A model generated the notes under the pieces. That model saw only the letters and a program-made list of their open reading frames with translations, was not told the origin of the DNA and did no database searches. Position numbers and translations under genes: made by a program. A stretch of 64,000 nt of DNA. Origin: Leptospira biflexa. GTDB lineage: Bacteria > Spirochaetota > DYNZ01. Position 1 is the first letter of the stretch. Each line of letters opens with the position of its first letter. The stretch covers positions 19,103-83,102 of the forward strand of contig DYNZ01000004.1 of NCBI GenBank assembly GCA_020720805.1. The letters run 5' to 3'. Below are positions 8,837 to 18,538 of the stretch, one piece after another.

Positions 8837-9634
8837 ATGAAATTATCAAAAAAGCGGGAAAATCGTCGGATTTTTCGCGATATTTCACCTAAACTAAATC
8901 GTTTCTCCGGGATTTATCCTGTTTCTTCCGTATTGCAGTTTTTTTTTCCCGCATTATGTCCCATTTGTCACCAAAGCCAAACCTGGGGAACGCTTGGTAT
9001 TTGCCAGAGTTGCGCTGCGGAGTTGGATCTCATTCTTCATTCGCAGGAGAAGCAGGAAAATTGTTTGCGTTGCGGCCTGCCTAGAACTGATTTGGACCAG
9101 GGCAATGGTTTTGATCAGGGGTGTTATCAATGTTCCAAGCGAAATATATACTATGATTCCTTTCATTACTTTTTTTATCATCGGCCGATCCTGAAACAGG
9201 CGATCCATGATTTGAAATTTCGCAAAAACCGTTATGTGGTAAAAATGTTGAGTCCATCTTTTTGGAAATCTGCTGTTGCGCGGTTTCAATGGGATGTGGA
9301 TTTTTTTACGACTATTCCTGTAAGTAAAAAGAGCGCAGCCATGCGAGGTGGAAATCAGACTGAGTTTCTCTTTGCCGGGTTGGAGCATTTTTTTCCTAAA
9401 GAGAGTATTTTGGAAAAACAGGAAGGACGTCATTTGCGTACCTATGGGCGAGTATCCCGTTTTTTTACTGTTTCTGAAGCATACCGTATTCAAGAAGGGA
9501 AAAATATCGTCGGAAAACGAATTCTTTTAGTAGATGACTTCAGTACCAGTGGGGCAACGATAAATTACTGTTCATGGTTATTGAAAGAGAAGCAGGCCAG
9601 TCATGTGATTGCCCTGGTTTTTATGCAGCACTAA
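8837..9634 (+). CDS. ComF family protein (phosphoribosyltransferase-domain competence protein ComFC-like) with an N-terminal Cys4 zinc finger.
   Basis: CPICHQ...CQSC zinc-finger motif. C-terminal PRTase motif ILLVDDFSTSGATI. Confidence 0.7.
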   Translation: MKLSKKRENRRIFRDISPKLNRFSGIYPVSSVLQFFFPALCPICHQSQTWGTLGICQSCAAELDLILHSQEKQENCLRCGLPRTDLDQGNGFDQGCYQCSKRNIYYDSFHYFFYHRPILKQAIHDLKFRKNRYVVKMLSPSFWKSAVARFQWDVDFFTTIPVSKKSAAMRGGNQTEFLFAGLEHFFPKESILEKQEGRHLRTYGRVSRFFTVSEAYRIQEGKNIVGKRILLVDDFSTSGATINYCSWLLKEKQASHVIALVFMQH

Positions 9635-9869
9635 AAACTTTCAGTGCAAACCTTTATTTTGGTTGCCATTATGGAGTTATTGGTTAGTTTTCGTTTTTAT
9701 ACTTATACTGTTTGCATTGGACTTTGTCCTGCAACCGTTAATGCCAAGGTCGATAAGGAAGCGGTTATGGCATTGCCCAACCGGTCAAATCTTGTGCTGA
9801 GTTTATCGAAGCATCGATGCTTTTTGGTATAGCAGGTAACTTATAGCTGATCTTTACTAAGGAAAAACT

Positions 9870-10202
9870 ATGGAAACAAGAGTAGAGGGCAACCTTGATA
9901 TTCTCATTTTGGATGGTCGCATTGATCAGGATATGACTGATACATTAGAACGCTATCTTCAGGAGTATCTGGATACTAAACGGTTTAAACTTATTGTGGA
10001 CATGACTGCAGTTTTACATATTTGTAGCTCTGCTCTGGGGGTGCTTGTTGCAACTAAGAAAAAATTTCAAAAATACGACGGAGATATAAAATTAATTCTA
10101 ATTAACGAAAATTTAAAGCAGTTGTTTGAGATAACTATGCTGAATAAGGTTTTTGAGATATTTGAAGACCAGAAAATGGCGATTAACTCCTTTGATGATT
10201 GA
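9870..10202 (+). CDS. STAS-domain anti-sigma factor antagonist, paralog 2.
   Basis: 110 aa, typical SpoIIAA-like length and layout (LDILILDGRIDQ...VDMTAVLHICSSALGVLV). Confidence 0.75.
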   Translation: METRVEGNLDILILDGRIDQDMTDTLERYLQEYLDTKRFKLIVDMTAVLHICSSALGVLVATKKKFQKYDGDIKLILINENLKQLFEITMLNKVFEIFEDQKMAINSFDD

Positions 10203-10237
10203 TCGAAGGGAAAAAAAATCGACCAATTTAGGTTTGT

Positions 10238-11257
10238 ATGCAAATAGTACAAAAATTTGAGTTAAAGCAAATCCTCAGTCCTATTTTACCGCTTCTGGAT
10301 CATGTTGATACCTATATTCAGAATTTTATTCATACGGATCTGCGCATCTTGAATGTAAGCGCCGCCCAGATTTTTAAAAAGCCCGGGAAAAAAATCAGGG
10401 CCTCCTTTGTGCTGCTCGGAGCTGGTTTGGGGTTAATCCCTGAAGGCTCAGGAGATAAGGAGTATAAAAAAAGGTTATCAACAGCTTTGGACCTGGCTGC
10501 TGGAGTAGAGCTGGTTCATGCGGCAACTCTGGTTCATGATGATATTATCGATCTGGCAAGCTTTCGGCGCGGCGAACAAACCGTCTCGTCGGCATTCGGT
10601 AATAAGGTAGGTGTACTGGTCGGTGATTGGCTGTTTACGAGGGGTTTGGATATTGCGGCAGCGGAAAAACACCCTAGGATTCTGCCAACGCTGATTGATG
10701 CCACGCGAGAAATGGTCAAAGGCGAGCTGGCCCAGATCGAATTTTCGGGGATAAAGACCATCCAGGAAAAGCATTACCTATCTATCATCAGCGCGAAAAC
10801 CGCAAAATTTCTGGGTGCCTGCATCCAGGTTGGCGCATACCATGCAGGTATGAGTGATGAAGATGCAGATTTGCTGTATCAGTTTGGCTATTCATGTGGC
10901 ATGGGGTTCCAGATAGCTGATGACCTGATGGATTTTTCCCAAAAAAGCGTTACGGGGAAAGATGGAGCAAATGACTATTTGGATGGAAAGGTCACATTGC
11001 CTGTCATTTATCTACTTGACAAAAGTGCGGATATAAAGAAAAAACTTATTGAGCTTTTCGCGGAGCGTGATCTTGAGAAATTCGGCATGCTACAGCAGTT
11101 GGTTTATGAACATAACACTTTAGAGATGGCGCTTGCAAAAGGACGGGTCTATGTAGATCAAGGGCTTTTGGCGCTGCGGAAATTGCGTATGCGGAATCAA
11201 AACATAGTGGAGATGCTGGAAAAACTGGTTGGGTTTTTCCTGAATCGTTCGTACTAA
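10238..11257 (+). CDS. Polyprenyl diphosphate synthase (trans-isoprenyl diphosphate synthase family, IspB/HepT-like).
   Basis: First aspartate-rich motif LVHDDIIDL and second motif GFQIADDLMDF. 339 aa. Confidence 0.85.
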   Translation: MQIVQKFELKQILSPILPLLDHVDTYIQNFIHTDLRILNVSAAQIFKKPGKKIRASFVLLGAGLGLIPEGSGDKEYKKRLSTALDLAAGVELVHAATLVHDDIIDLASFRRGEQTVSSAFGNKVGVLVGDWLFTRGLDIAAAEKHPRILPTLIDATREMVKGELAQIEFSGIKTIQEKHYLSIISAKTAKFLGACIQVGAYHAGMSDEDADLLYQFGYSCGMGFQIADDLMDFSQKSVTGKDGANDYLDGKVTLPVIYLLDKSADIKKKLIELFAERDLEKFGMLQQLVYEHNTLEMALAKGRVYVDQGLLALRKLRMRNQNIVEMLEKLVGFFLNRSY

Positions 11258-11275
11258 ACAAAAGGATGCAACTCT

Positions 11276-11497
11276 ATGATATCAGAGCAAAAACAGAAAA
11301 TGTTAGATTTGTATAATCAGGGCATGAATCATTACAAGGAAAGAAATTGGTCTAAGGCCAAGGACTTTTTTTCTCAGGCGCTTACGGTAGTTCCGAATGA
11401 CGGCCCAAGCAAATTGTATGTTTATAGATGTGAACAGTATGAAAAAACATCTCCGCCAGCGGATTGGAATGGTGTTTTTATTATGACTACGAAATAG
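11276..11497 (+). CDS. Small TPR-like hypothetical protein.
   Basis: 73-aa ORF with one TPR-like helix pair (YNQGMNHYKERNWSKAKDFFSQALTVVPND). It lies between the polyprenyl synthase and bactofilin 2. Coding status is uncertain. Confidence 0.35.
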   Translation: MISEQKQKMLDLYNQGMNHYKERNWSKAKDFFSQALTVVPNDGPSKLYVYRCEQYEKTSPPADWNGVFIMTTK

Positions 11498-11508
11498 GAG
11501 AGATTGCG

Positions 11509-11892
11509 ATGGGTAAAAAATTAAGAGCTGATCTGGCAGAAGTATTAATGGATCATGGCGGAAGCATCGCAACCATTTTAGGAGAGAAAACCGAATTTGA
11601 AGGTGTTATGGAATTTGAAAATTCCATCCAGATTGATGGGATTTTTAAAGGGGAGATCAAAACACCTGGGCTGGTTGTGATTAATGATGGTGCGTTGATT
11701 AAGGCCAATATCGATGCATCGATCGTCATTCTCGCAGGTGAGGTGGAGGGAAATATCCGGGCAACGGATAAGGTGATTATCCTCTCGGGCGGTAAATTAA
11801 AAGGAAATATCAAAACGGCAAAATTGAAGATATCTGATGGGGTGGTCTTTGATGGTAATTGCGAGATGATTAAATGGGAAAAAAGCGCATAA
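11509..11892 (+). CDS. Bactofilin, paralog 2.
   Basis: Bactofilin repeats (GEKTEFEGVMEFENSIQIDGIFKGEI...NIDASIVILAGEVEGNIRATDKVIILSGGKLKGNI). ATG at 11509 is preferred over the upstream in-frame 11464 start because an AGGAGAG RBS lies 7 nt upstream. Confidence 0.8.
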   Translation: MGKKLRADLAEVLMDHGGSIATILGEKTEFEGVMEFENSIQIDGIFKGEIKTPGLVVINDGALIKANIDASIVILAGEVEGNIRATDKVIILSGGKLKGNIKTAKLKISDGVVFDGNCEMIKWEKSA

Positions 11893-12025
11893 ACCATATA
11901 CGGGGTTTTTGATAAGCTGCGAAAAGTGGTTAAACCGTTTGATTTGCAAGCTGCAATTCTGTGAAGTCAATGGAAGCAGCCGAATCATTTTTATAAAGAT
12001 ATCTCCCTTCAAGTTGTAAGAGTTG

Positions 12026-12054
12026 TTGACAGTTAGAAGGCCTCTTTTTATCAA
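12026..12054 (+). promoter_or_regulatory. Candidate sigma70-type promoter for the rpsB operon.
   Basis: TTGACA, a 17-nt spacer, then TATCAA. It lies about 220 nt upstream of rpsB, implying a long leader. Confidence 0.25.
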
Positions 12055-12273
12055 GGCAAACTGGCCATTTCCTGCCATTGTTCTATCAAAAAATGAACTA
12101 TCGTGTCTAAAGGGCTGGAATTTGCTAAAAAATTAGAAGAACAATTGAGTTGTTACCAGGATATTTGCTTATTCAGGACGTAACTGTTCTGTTCCGAGAG
12201 CAGATATTTTGAAACCAGGATTCGAAATGAGTAAATTCTGGAAATTAATCGGATAAATGAAGGGAGAAACATT

Positions 12274-13113
12274 TTGTCCATTGTAAGTATGAAAGCATTG
12301 TTAGAGTCGGGAGTTCATTTCGGTCACCAAACCCGTCGTTGGAATCCAAAGATGAAGTCGTATATTTTTACAACCAGAAACGGTATTCATATTATCGATC
12401 TGCAGAAAACACGCCAAAAACTTGAGCAAGCATATTATAAAATGAAAGAGTTTGCCGCTGATGGAAAGAAAGTTCTGTTCGTCGGTACAAAAAAGCAGGC
12501 GCAATCGGCAATTGAACGCGAAGCGCAAAAATGCGGAATGTATTATATAGCATACCGTTGGCCAGGTGGCTTGTTGACCAATTTTGATACTGTTAAAAAG
12601 TCGATCACCCGTTTAAGGGATATCGAAAGTATGCAGGAAAAAGGGGCCTACAATGTTGAAACAAAAAAAGAGCGCCTGGAGTTAGAGCGAGAAGGACAAA
12701 AATTGAATCGAGTTTTAAGCGGAATCAAGGATATGCATAAATTGCCAGATGCAATGTTTATCATTGATCCAAAAAGGGAGGCGATCGCTGTCCAGGAGGC
12801 GCGTAAATTAGGAATTCCTATCTTTGCTGTAGTTGATTCCAATTGTGATCCAACCGAAGTAGATTTCCCGGTTCCTGGCAATGATGATGCGATTCGAGCG
12901 ATTGTCCTGTTTCTGGAGGTCATGTCGCGTGCGGTCATCTCTGGGGTGACCGGTCAGGATATCGAGATTGAAGCGGAAGAGTCTGAAGATAGAAACGCTG
13001 ATTCGGGGCGCGAAGAGAGAGCGAAAGATCGCGATAACCGGGATATGCGTCATACCAGTTCCATCGGTGCTCAATCTGGTTTTCAGCCTGAGAACGAAAA
13101 GGTGGAAAGCTAA
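12274..13113 (+). CDS. rpsB: 30S ribosomal protein S2.
   Basis: Strong S2 N-terminus ([19 protein letters not shown]). TTG start with an AGGGAG RBS 7 nt upstream. Acidic C-terminal tail. Confidence 0.95.
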   Translation: MSIVSMKALLESGVHFGHQTRRWNPKMKSYIFTTRNGIHIIDLQKTRQKLEQAYYKMKEFAADGKKVLFVGTKKQAQSAIEREAQKCGMYYIAYRWPGGLLTNFDTVKKSITRLRDIESMQEKGAYNVETKKERLELEREGQKLNRVLSGIKDMHKLPDAMFIIDPKREAIAVQEARKLGIPIFAVVDSNCDPTEVDFPVPGNDDAIRAIVLFLEVMSRAVISGVTGQDIEIEAEESEDRNADSGREERAKDRDNRDMRHTSSIGAQSGFQPENEKVES

Positions 13114-13173
13114 GTTGGTAGATAATGTGCGCAGAGAGTGCTGCCCGCACTTTTGAGCGTTTTAATCCTAAGG

Positions 13174-13226
13174 GTCGAATTTTGCGCTAGCGTGAAATTC
13201 GACACAAAACCTTTGCAAGGTTTTTG
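13174..13226 (+). terminator. Tandem hairpins between rpsB and tsf, attenuator- or terminator-like.
   Basis: A 9-bp perfect stem gtcgaattt...aaattcgac (13174-13203). An 8-bp stem aaaacctt tgc aaggtttt follows (13206-13224), with 5 consecutive T after the loop. Confidence 0.35.
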
Positions 13227-13377
13227 CTCGGTTAGAATTGGCCTCTATGGGCGATGTCGTGCAGCGTGCATATTGCTTTCAGATTATGAAATCTCATGGG
13301 AAGCGACGCTATGGAGAAAACCAATTTCTTTGTTAGGAATAATATTTTTTTAAGGAAAAGATTAGGGGAGAAGACAG

Positions 13378-14268
13378 GTGTCTGAACAAGCCGTATCAAA
13401 GGAATCGTTGAAAGAGCTTCGCGAAAAGAGTGGAGCTGGAATTGTGGATTGTAAAAAAGCGCTTCAGGAAAGCAATGGAGATTTATCCAAGGCGATGGAT
13501 CTGCTTCGTGAAAAAGGTCTGGCTTCAGCAGCTAAAAAATCAGGTCGATCCGCATCAGAAGGTTCAGTCGCGATTCAAACCAGCGCTGATGGCAAATTTG
13601 CAGCGATGGTCGAAATAAATTGCGAAACTGATTTTGTTACAAAAACGGATGATTTTCAGGAGTTGGTTTCCGGCGTTGCTTCTACAGCTGTTGCGACTCG
13701 TGCAGCGGATTTGGAAAAATTGCAAAAGGCAAGCATTGTCAATGCATCCTCAGTTTCCGTTGAAGATTTTATTAAAGAAAAAATCGGTAAAATCGGCGAG
13801 AATATTGTTTTGCGCAAATACGCATCAATGACTGCTGCAGCCCAGAGTTATTTGGCATCCTATGTACACAGCAATGGTAAAATTGGTGTATTACTTGAGG
13901 CCGAATCTGATAAGCCTGAAATATATCAGAAAGAAAATTTTCAGAACTTTATGAAGGATATCTGTATGCATATCGCTGCTACAGCTCCGGCCTATCTGGA
14001 TAGGACAATGGTAAATCCTTCAGAATTGGACAAAGAGCGGGCTATTTATAAAAAGCAGGTTCTCGAAGAGGGTAAGCCTGAGAATATAGCAGATAAAATC
14101 GTCGAGGGAAAACTTAATAAATTTTATGAGGATGTTTGCCTGCTCGATCAGGAGTTTATCAAGGAAAATAAAATCAAGGTAAGCCAGGTTGTCGACCGTG
14201 AGGCGAAAGCTTTAGGCGGAAAAATTGTCCTAAAACAATTCACTAGAATTGTATTGGGTCAGGAATAG
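13378..14268 (+). CDS. tsf: Elongation factor Ts.
   Basis: N-terminal UBA-like EF-Ts motif (LRE.SGAGI.DCKKAL...GDL.KA...LREKG). GTG start. Confidence 0.95.
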   Translation: MSEQAVSKESLKELREKSGAGIVDCKKALQESNGDLSKAMDLLREKGLASAAKKSGRSASEGSVAIQTSADGKFAAMVEINCETDFVTKTDDFQELVSGVASTAVATRAADLEKLQKASIVNASSVSVEDFIKEKIGKIGENIVLRKYASMTAAAQSYLASYVHSNGKIGVLLEAESDKPEIYQKENFQNFMKDICMHIAATAPAYLDRTMVNPSELDKERAIYKKQVLEEGKPENIADKIVEGKLNKFYEDVCLLDQEFIKENKIKVSQVVDREAKALGGKIVLKQFTRIVLGQE

Positions 14269-15015
14269 GTGGAACACCCGTTGCCACAGCTTAAGTATAA
14301 GCGCATCCTGCTTAAGCTGAGCGGGGAAGCACTGATGGGGAATTCTGATTATGGGATATCCCCCGAAGTTGTGTATTATATCGCGAAAGAAATCTATGAT
14401 GTGTATCAAGCTGGCGTTGAGCTGGCCATTGTCATCGGCGGTGGTAATATATACCGTGGATTGAATGCTCAGAAAACGGGTATTGACCGGACTACCGGCG
14501 ACTATATGGGTATGCTGGCAACAGCCATCAATAGCCTTGCTCTTCAGGATCAGCTTGAGAAATTAGGTCTATTTACGAGAGTTATGAGCGCCATTACCAT
14601 ATCGGCTGTTGCGGAACCCTACATCCGACGTCGGGCTATTCGTCATCTAGAAAAGGGGCGATTGGTTATTTTTGCTGCTGGAACGGGCAATCCTTTTTTT
14701 ACAACTGATACTGCGGCTTCATTGAGGGCTCTTGAGATTAACGCTGATGTTATAATTAAAGCAACCAAAGTCGAGGGTATCTTTGATAAAGATCCAAAGG
14801 TAGATCCTACCGCGGTTAAGTTTGATAAAATTACCTATCAGGATGTACTCAATAAGAGCTTGAAAGTTATGGATGCTACGGCAATTGCTCTATGCATGGA
14901 GAATCGTTTGCCGATTTTAGTCTATAATATGACTACTACAGGCTATCTTATGAGGCTTGTGCAGGGTGAGAATATTGGAACCCTGGTAAGCCACTGCGAT
15001 TCAAAAAAATCATAG
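14269..15015 (+). CDS. pyrH: UMP kinase.
   Basis: [12 protein letters not shown]...[10 protein letters not shown]...[12 protein letters not shown] motifs. GTG start abutting the tsf stop. Confidence 0.95.
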   Translation: MEHPLPQLKYKRILLKLSGEALMGNSDYGISPEVVYYIAKEIYDVYQAGVELAIVIGGGNIYRGLNAQKTGIDRTTGDYMGMLATAINSLALQDQLEKLGLFTRVMSAITISAVAEPYIRRRAIRHLEKGRLVIFAAGTGNPFFTTDTAASLRALEINADVIIKATKVEGIFDKDPKVDPTAVKFDKITYQDVLNKSLKVMDATAIALCMENRLPILVYNMTTTGYLMRLVQGENIGTLVSHCDSKKS

Positions 15016-15063
15016 TTACGACCAAACAATCTTACTCTATTATATTTGTGAGCGTATTAGATT

Positions 15064-15621
15064 ATGAAAAATGAAATAATGAAAGATCTGAAAGAGAAGA
15101 TGTCCAAATCGATCGTTAGTCTTAAATCTGATTTGGCAACGATTCGAAGCGGCCGCGCTAATGCATCGATTTTGGATAATATATCCGTGGAAGCCTATGG
15201 CTCAATGATGCCCATCAATCAATTAGGCACGATATCGATTCCAGAAGCTCGCGCTATTGTGATCCAACCCTGGGACAAAAGCATTCTTAGTGCTTTAGAA
15301 AAGGCAATACAGAAAAGTGATCTTGGTTTAAATCCGAATAATGATGGTTCTATCATCAGGATTAACCTTCCGGAACTGACGGAAGAGCGCAGAAAAGAGA
15401 TGGTGAAGCAGGTAAAAACAAAATGCGAAGATGCAAAAGTCGCAGTGAGAAATATTCGCCGCCATGGGAATGATAAAATGAAGGAGCTGGAAAAGAGTGA
15501 GCATCTAAGCGAGGATGAGATTAAAGATGGGCTCGATGAAATCCAGAAGCTGACAGATAAATATGTTGGCGAAATCGATAGCATCATGGAAAAAAAAGAG
15601 CAAGATATAATGACTGTATAA
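15064..15621 (+). CDS. frr: Ribosome recycling factor.
   Basis: 185 aa with typical RRF features (LATIRSGRANASILDNI...IRINLPELTEERRKE). Confidence 0.95.
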   Translation: MKNEIMKDLKEKMSKSIVSLKSDLATIRSGRANASILDNISVEAYGSMMPINQLGTISIPEARAIVIQPWDKSILSALEKAIQKSDLGLNPNNDGSIIRINLPELTEERRKEMVKQVKTKCEDAKVAVRNIRRHGNDKMKELEKSEHLSEDEIKDGLDEIQKLTDKYVGEIDSIMEKKEQDIMTV

Positions 15622-15631
15622 CAGCCATTCA

Positions 15632-16402
15632 ATGCACACTAACCGCAATTCATTGAAAAATCAGAAACTTATTTCTGAATTAAAGAGCCAGATTATTAGA
15701 GAAAATTGTCCAAAGCATATTGGTATCATTATGGATGGAAATGGGCGCTGGGCGCAGCAACGCGGTCTATCCAGAAGTGCCGGTCATGAAGCTGGCGCTC
15801 AAGCGATAGAACGATTAATGGATGCTGTGCTGACCTGGCCAATTCAAGCCATCAGCCTATACTCTTTTTCTAAGGAAAATTGGAATCGTCCCAAGGAGGA
15901 GATTTCTTTTTTATGGCGTCTGCTTGTATCCTTTATAAAAGGGACCTTAAAAAAAATCCAGCAACAGAATATAAAAATATTGCATAGCGGCGACCTTGAT
16001 GAGTTGCCGTTGCAAGCGCAACGAGCCATAGCAAAGGCGATGAATGCCACGGAAAAAAACACGGGTCTTATTTTAAATTTTTGCATCAATTATGGAGGGC
16101 GTCAAGAAATTGTTAGAGCCTTCAAGAATGCGGTACCTGAGGTTTTTCATGATGGCCATATTGCCATTGACAAAATTACGGAGCAATTGGTGGAAAAATA
16201 TCTTTATACTGCCGGATTGCCTGAACTGGATCTTCTAATTCGTACCAGCGGAGAGTTGCGTCTATCGAATTTCTTATTATGGCAGGCTGCCTATTCTGAA
16301 TTTTGGATAACAGAAAAATATTGGCCAGATTTTGACGAGATTGATCTTTTGGAGGCTCTAGCATCCTTTCAAAATAGAGGAAGACGGTTTGGTGGTTTAT
16401 AG
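15632..16402 (+). CDS. uppS: Undecaprenyl diphosphate synthase (cis-prenyltransferase).
   Basis: HIGIIMDGNGRWA...GLSRSAGH motif and C-terminal RFGG. Confidence 0.9.
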   Translation: MHTNRNSLKNQKLISELKSQIIRENCPKHIGIIMDGNGRWAQQRGLSRSAGHEAGAQAIERLMDAVLTWPIQAISLYSFSKENWNRPKEEISFLWRLLVSFIKGTLKKIQQQNIKILHSGDLDELPLQAQRAIAKAMNATEKNTGLILNFCINYGGRQEIVRAFKNAVPEVFHDGHIAIDKITEQLVEKYLYTAGLPELDLLIRTSGELRLSNFLLWQAAYSEFWITEKYWPDFDEIDLLEALASFQNRGRRFGGL

Positions 16403-17328
16403 TGAAACCCAAAAAAAATGAACCTCATCAGACGAAAAATAATACAATCATACGCGTTTTAACTGGACTAACTTTAGGTCCATTGTTTTTGGTGATGTTG
16501 TTTGTTGATGTTTGGTATTCCATTCCCCTATTTGTCACGTTGATAGCTGCGATGGTTATTGGTTTACGTGAATTGCATACTATGCATAAAATGAAAGGAA
16601 TTATTTTTTCATTAAACATAGCTGCTTTTCTTGGAATTATCTTTATTTCACTTTTTTATGTTTACTATCTACATTCTAGCTATCCTGAAAAATTTTTGGC
16701 ATTTTCTAAAATAAAATATTTTTTATGGGAATATCTTTTTCTGGCTTCTTTGATTGCAATTTTTTTTACATTTATCCAACAGATTTTTTTGCGTCCCCTT
16801 GAGCATTCGGGAAGCAATGTATCCCTAACGTTTTTTTCTGTTTTTTACATCGCTATTCCTATCGCTTTAATTTTTATGTTAAAAGCGAATGCAAGCTATG
16901 GCAATCAGGCTGTTTTATTAGCAGCCGTCTCCTCATTCATCGCTGATACTGGCGCCTTTTTTATTGGAAAAAATTTCGGCAAACATAAAGCGAACATATC
17001 GGCCAGTCCTAATAAGACCTGGGAGGGGTTTGCCGGAGGTATTTTTTTTAACATTCTTGGTATGCTGCTGGTGACCTATCTTTTTCAAACATTTTTTGAC
17101 GGTGCTCTGCTTTCCTATTTCGAAGCATTGATTTTGGGGGGTGTGCTAGCCATTAGCGGTCAGGTAGGTGATTTAGCAGAATCATCATTCAAACGCTCCT
17201 GTCAAATCAAGGATAGCGGTAAAGTGATTCCTGGACATGGCGGAATATTAGATTTGGTCGATGCGGCATTAGTCAACATTCCAGCCTTATTTGTTTATCT
17301 AAAAATATTTAGACCAGAATATTTTTGA
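16402..17328 (+). CDS. cdsA: Phosphatidate cytidylyltransferase.
   Basis: Multi-TM protein with the CdsA signature SPNKTWEGFAGG. GTG start overlapping the uppS stop. Confidence 0.85.
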   Translation: MKPKKNEPHQTKNNTIIRVLTGLTLGPLFLVMLFVDVWYSIPLFVTLIAAMVIGLRELHTMHKMKGIIFSLNIAAFLGIIFISLFYVYYLHSSYPEKFLAFSKIKYFLWEYLFLASLIAIFFTFIQQIFLRPLEHSGSNVSLTFFSVFYIAIPIALIFMLKANASYGNQAVLLAAVSSFIADTGAFFIGKNFGKHKANISASPNKTWEGFAGGIFFNILGMLLVTYLFQTFFDGALLSYFEALILGGVLAISGQVGDLAESSFKRSCQIKDSGKVIPGHGGILDLVDAALVNIPALFVYLKIFRPEYF

Positions 17329-17356
17329 ATTATTTGAGCCGGGTGGGAGATTAATC

Positions 17357-18538
17357 TTGATAAAACGGATTATCATTATGGGTGCGACGGGCTCAGTGGG
17401 AAGTCAAACCATTGATATTCTGGCCAGGCATTCTGAAAATTTTTTACTTTCCGGCGTTTCAATTCATAATAATGTTGAAAAATTGGTTTCACTACTTTCC
17501 CCAATGCCAACACACCTTTTACCAGAATGGATAGCGATCTCTTCAGAGCAATGTCAAACGGCGACGCTTCAGGACTTCTATACATCGAAAGGCAAGAGAT
17601 GCAAAATTCTACAAGGAACGAAAGCCCTGACTGATTTAGTCGATGCAACAAAGCCGGATCTATTCGTTGCCAGCATAGTTGGCTCTGCTGGATTGCCTTC
17701 ATTGATTAAAGCTCTGTCTATGGGGATTGATGTAGCATTAGCAAATAAGGAAGCCTTGGTTATGGGCGGGGAGTTAGTTAAAAAGTTATGTCAGATGCAT
17801 GGTTCTCGTTTACTGCCAGTTGATTCTGAGCACAGCGCTTTGTTTCATTTGATTCACGGTCATGGCAGAGAGAATATTAAAAATATTATTCTAACAGCAT
17901 CAGGTGGCTCTTTTCGGGATTTGTCGATTTCTGAATTGAAGTTTGTTACTCCTGAGCAAGCGCTTCGGCATCCAACCTGGGCAATGGGTCCCAAGATTAC
18001 CATTGATTCTGCGACACTTATCAATAAAGGTTTGGAGGTCATAGAAGCACATTTTTTGTTTGATCAACCGTACCAGGGTATTCAAGTTGTTGTTCATAAA
18101 GAGAGTATTATCCATGCAATGGTTGAATTTTTTAATGGACTCATTTATGCTGAAGTTTCGCCGCCAAGTATGCTTTTCCCAATTCAGTCAGCACTTTTTT
18201 GGCCTGAAATTAGTCGAGATTTTCTGGCGTCCATAGATTTTCAAAAGTTTTTTCAATTGAGTTTTATGCCGGTGGATCATGGTAAATACCCTGGTTTAAA
18301 ATTATGTTATCAGGCAGGCGAAGCAGGAGCCAATGCTGTGATTGTATTGAATGCTGCCAATGAAGTGGCAGTGAATACCTTCTTAAATGGCAAAATTCCC
18401 TTTACTGGTATTTGCGAGATCATAGATCGGACATTACAGTCTATTGCCAGGCAGAATGTTTCCACATTAGAGGATATTTTGTATTTTGATTCCATGGCAC
18501 GGGAACGCGCTGTGGCTTTTACAGGAGAGTATGTATGA
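17357..18538 (+). CDS. dxr: 1-deoxy-D-xylulose 5-phosphate reductoisomerase.
   Basis: N-terminal NADPH-binding IIIMGATGSVGSQT, plus LANKEALV and PVDSEHSA motifs. TTG start. Confidence 0.9.
   Translation: MIKRIIIMGATGSVGSQTIDILARHSENFLLSGVSIHNNVEKLVSLLSPMPTHLLPEWIAISSEQCQTATLQDFYTSKGKRCKILQGTKALTDLVDATKPDLFVASIVGSAGLPSLIKALSMGIDVALANKEALVMGGELVKKLCQMHGSRLLPVDSEHSALFHLIHGHGRENIKNIILTASGGSFRDLSISELKFVTPEQALRHPTWAMGPKITIDSATLINKGLEVIEAHFLFDQPYQGIQVVVHKESIIHAMVEFFNGLIYAEVSPPSMLFPIQSALFWPEISRDFLASIDFQKFFQLSFMPVDHGKYPGLKLCYQAGEAGANAVIVLNAANEVAVNTFLNGKIPFTGICEIIDRTLQSIARQNVSTLEDILYFDSMARERAVAFTGEYV

Noticed and set aside
8689-8892. 67-aa ORF between the FlaA-like gene and comF.
   Set aside because: It spans a divergent promoter region, overlaps the comF start, and has hydrophobic low-complexity composition. 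It is probably not a gene.
9635-9869. Possible small RNA or terminator in the comF-STAS2 spacer (aagcatcgatgctt palindrome followed by a U-run).
   Set aside because: The stem is short and AT-rich with a minimal loop. It is a plausible weak terminator for comF, but too weak to call as a feature.
11797-12078. 93-aa - strand ORF in the bactofilin2-rpsB intergenic region.
   Set aside because: It overlaps the candidate rpsB promoter and leader. There is no RBS and no domain. It is more likely non-coding leader sequence.
12205-12235. tRNA-like T-arm motif (ggattcgaa) in the rpsB upstream region.
   Set aside because: No acceptor, D or anticodon stem can be built around it. It is an isolated motif only.
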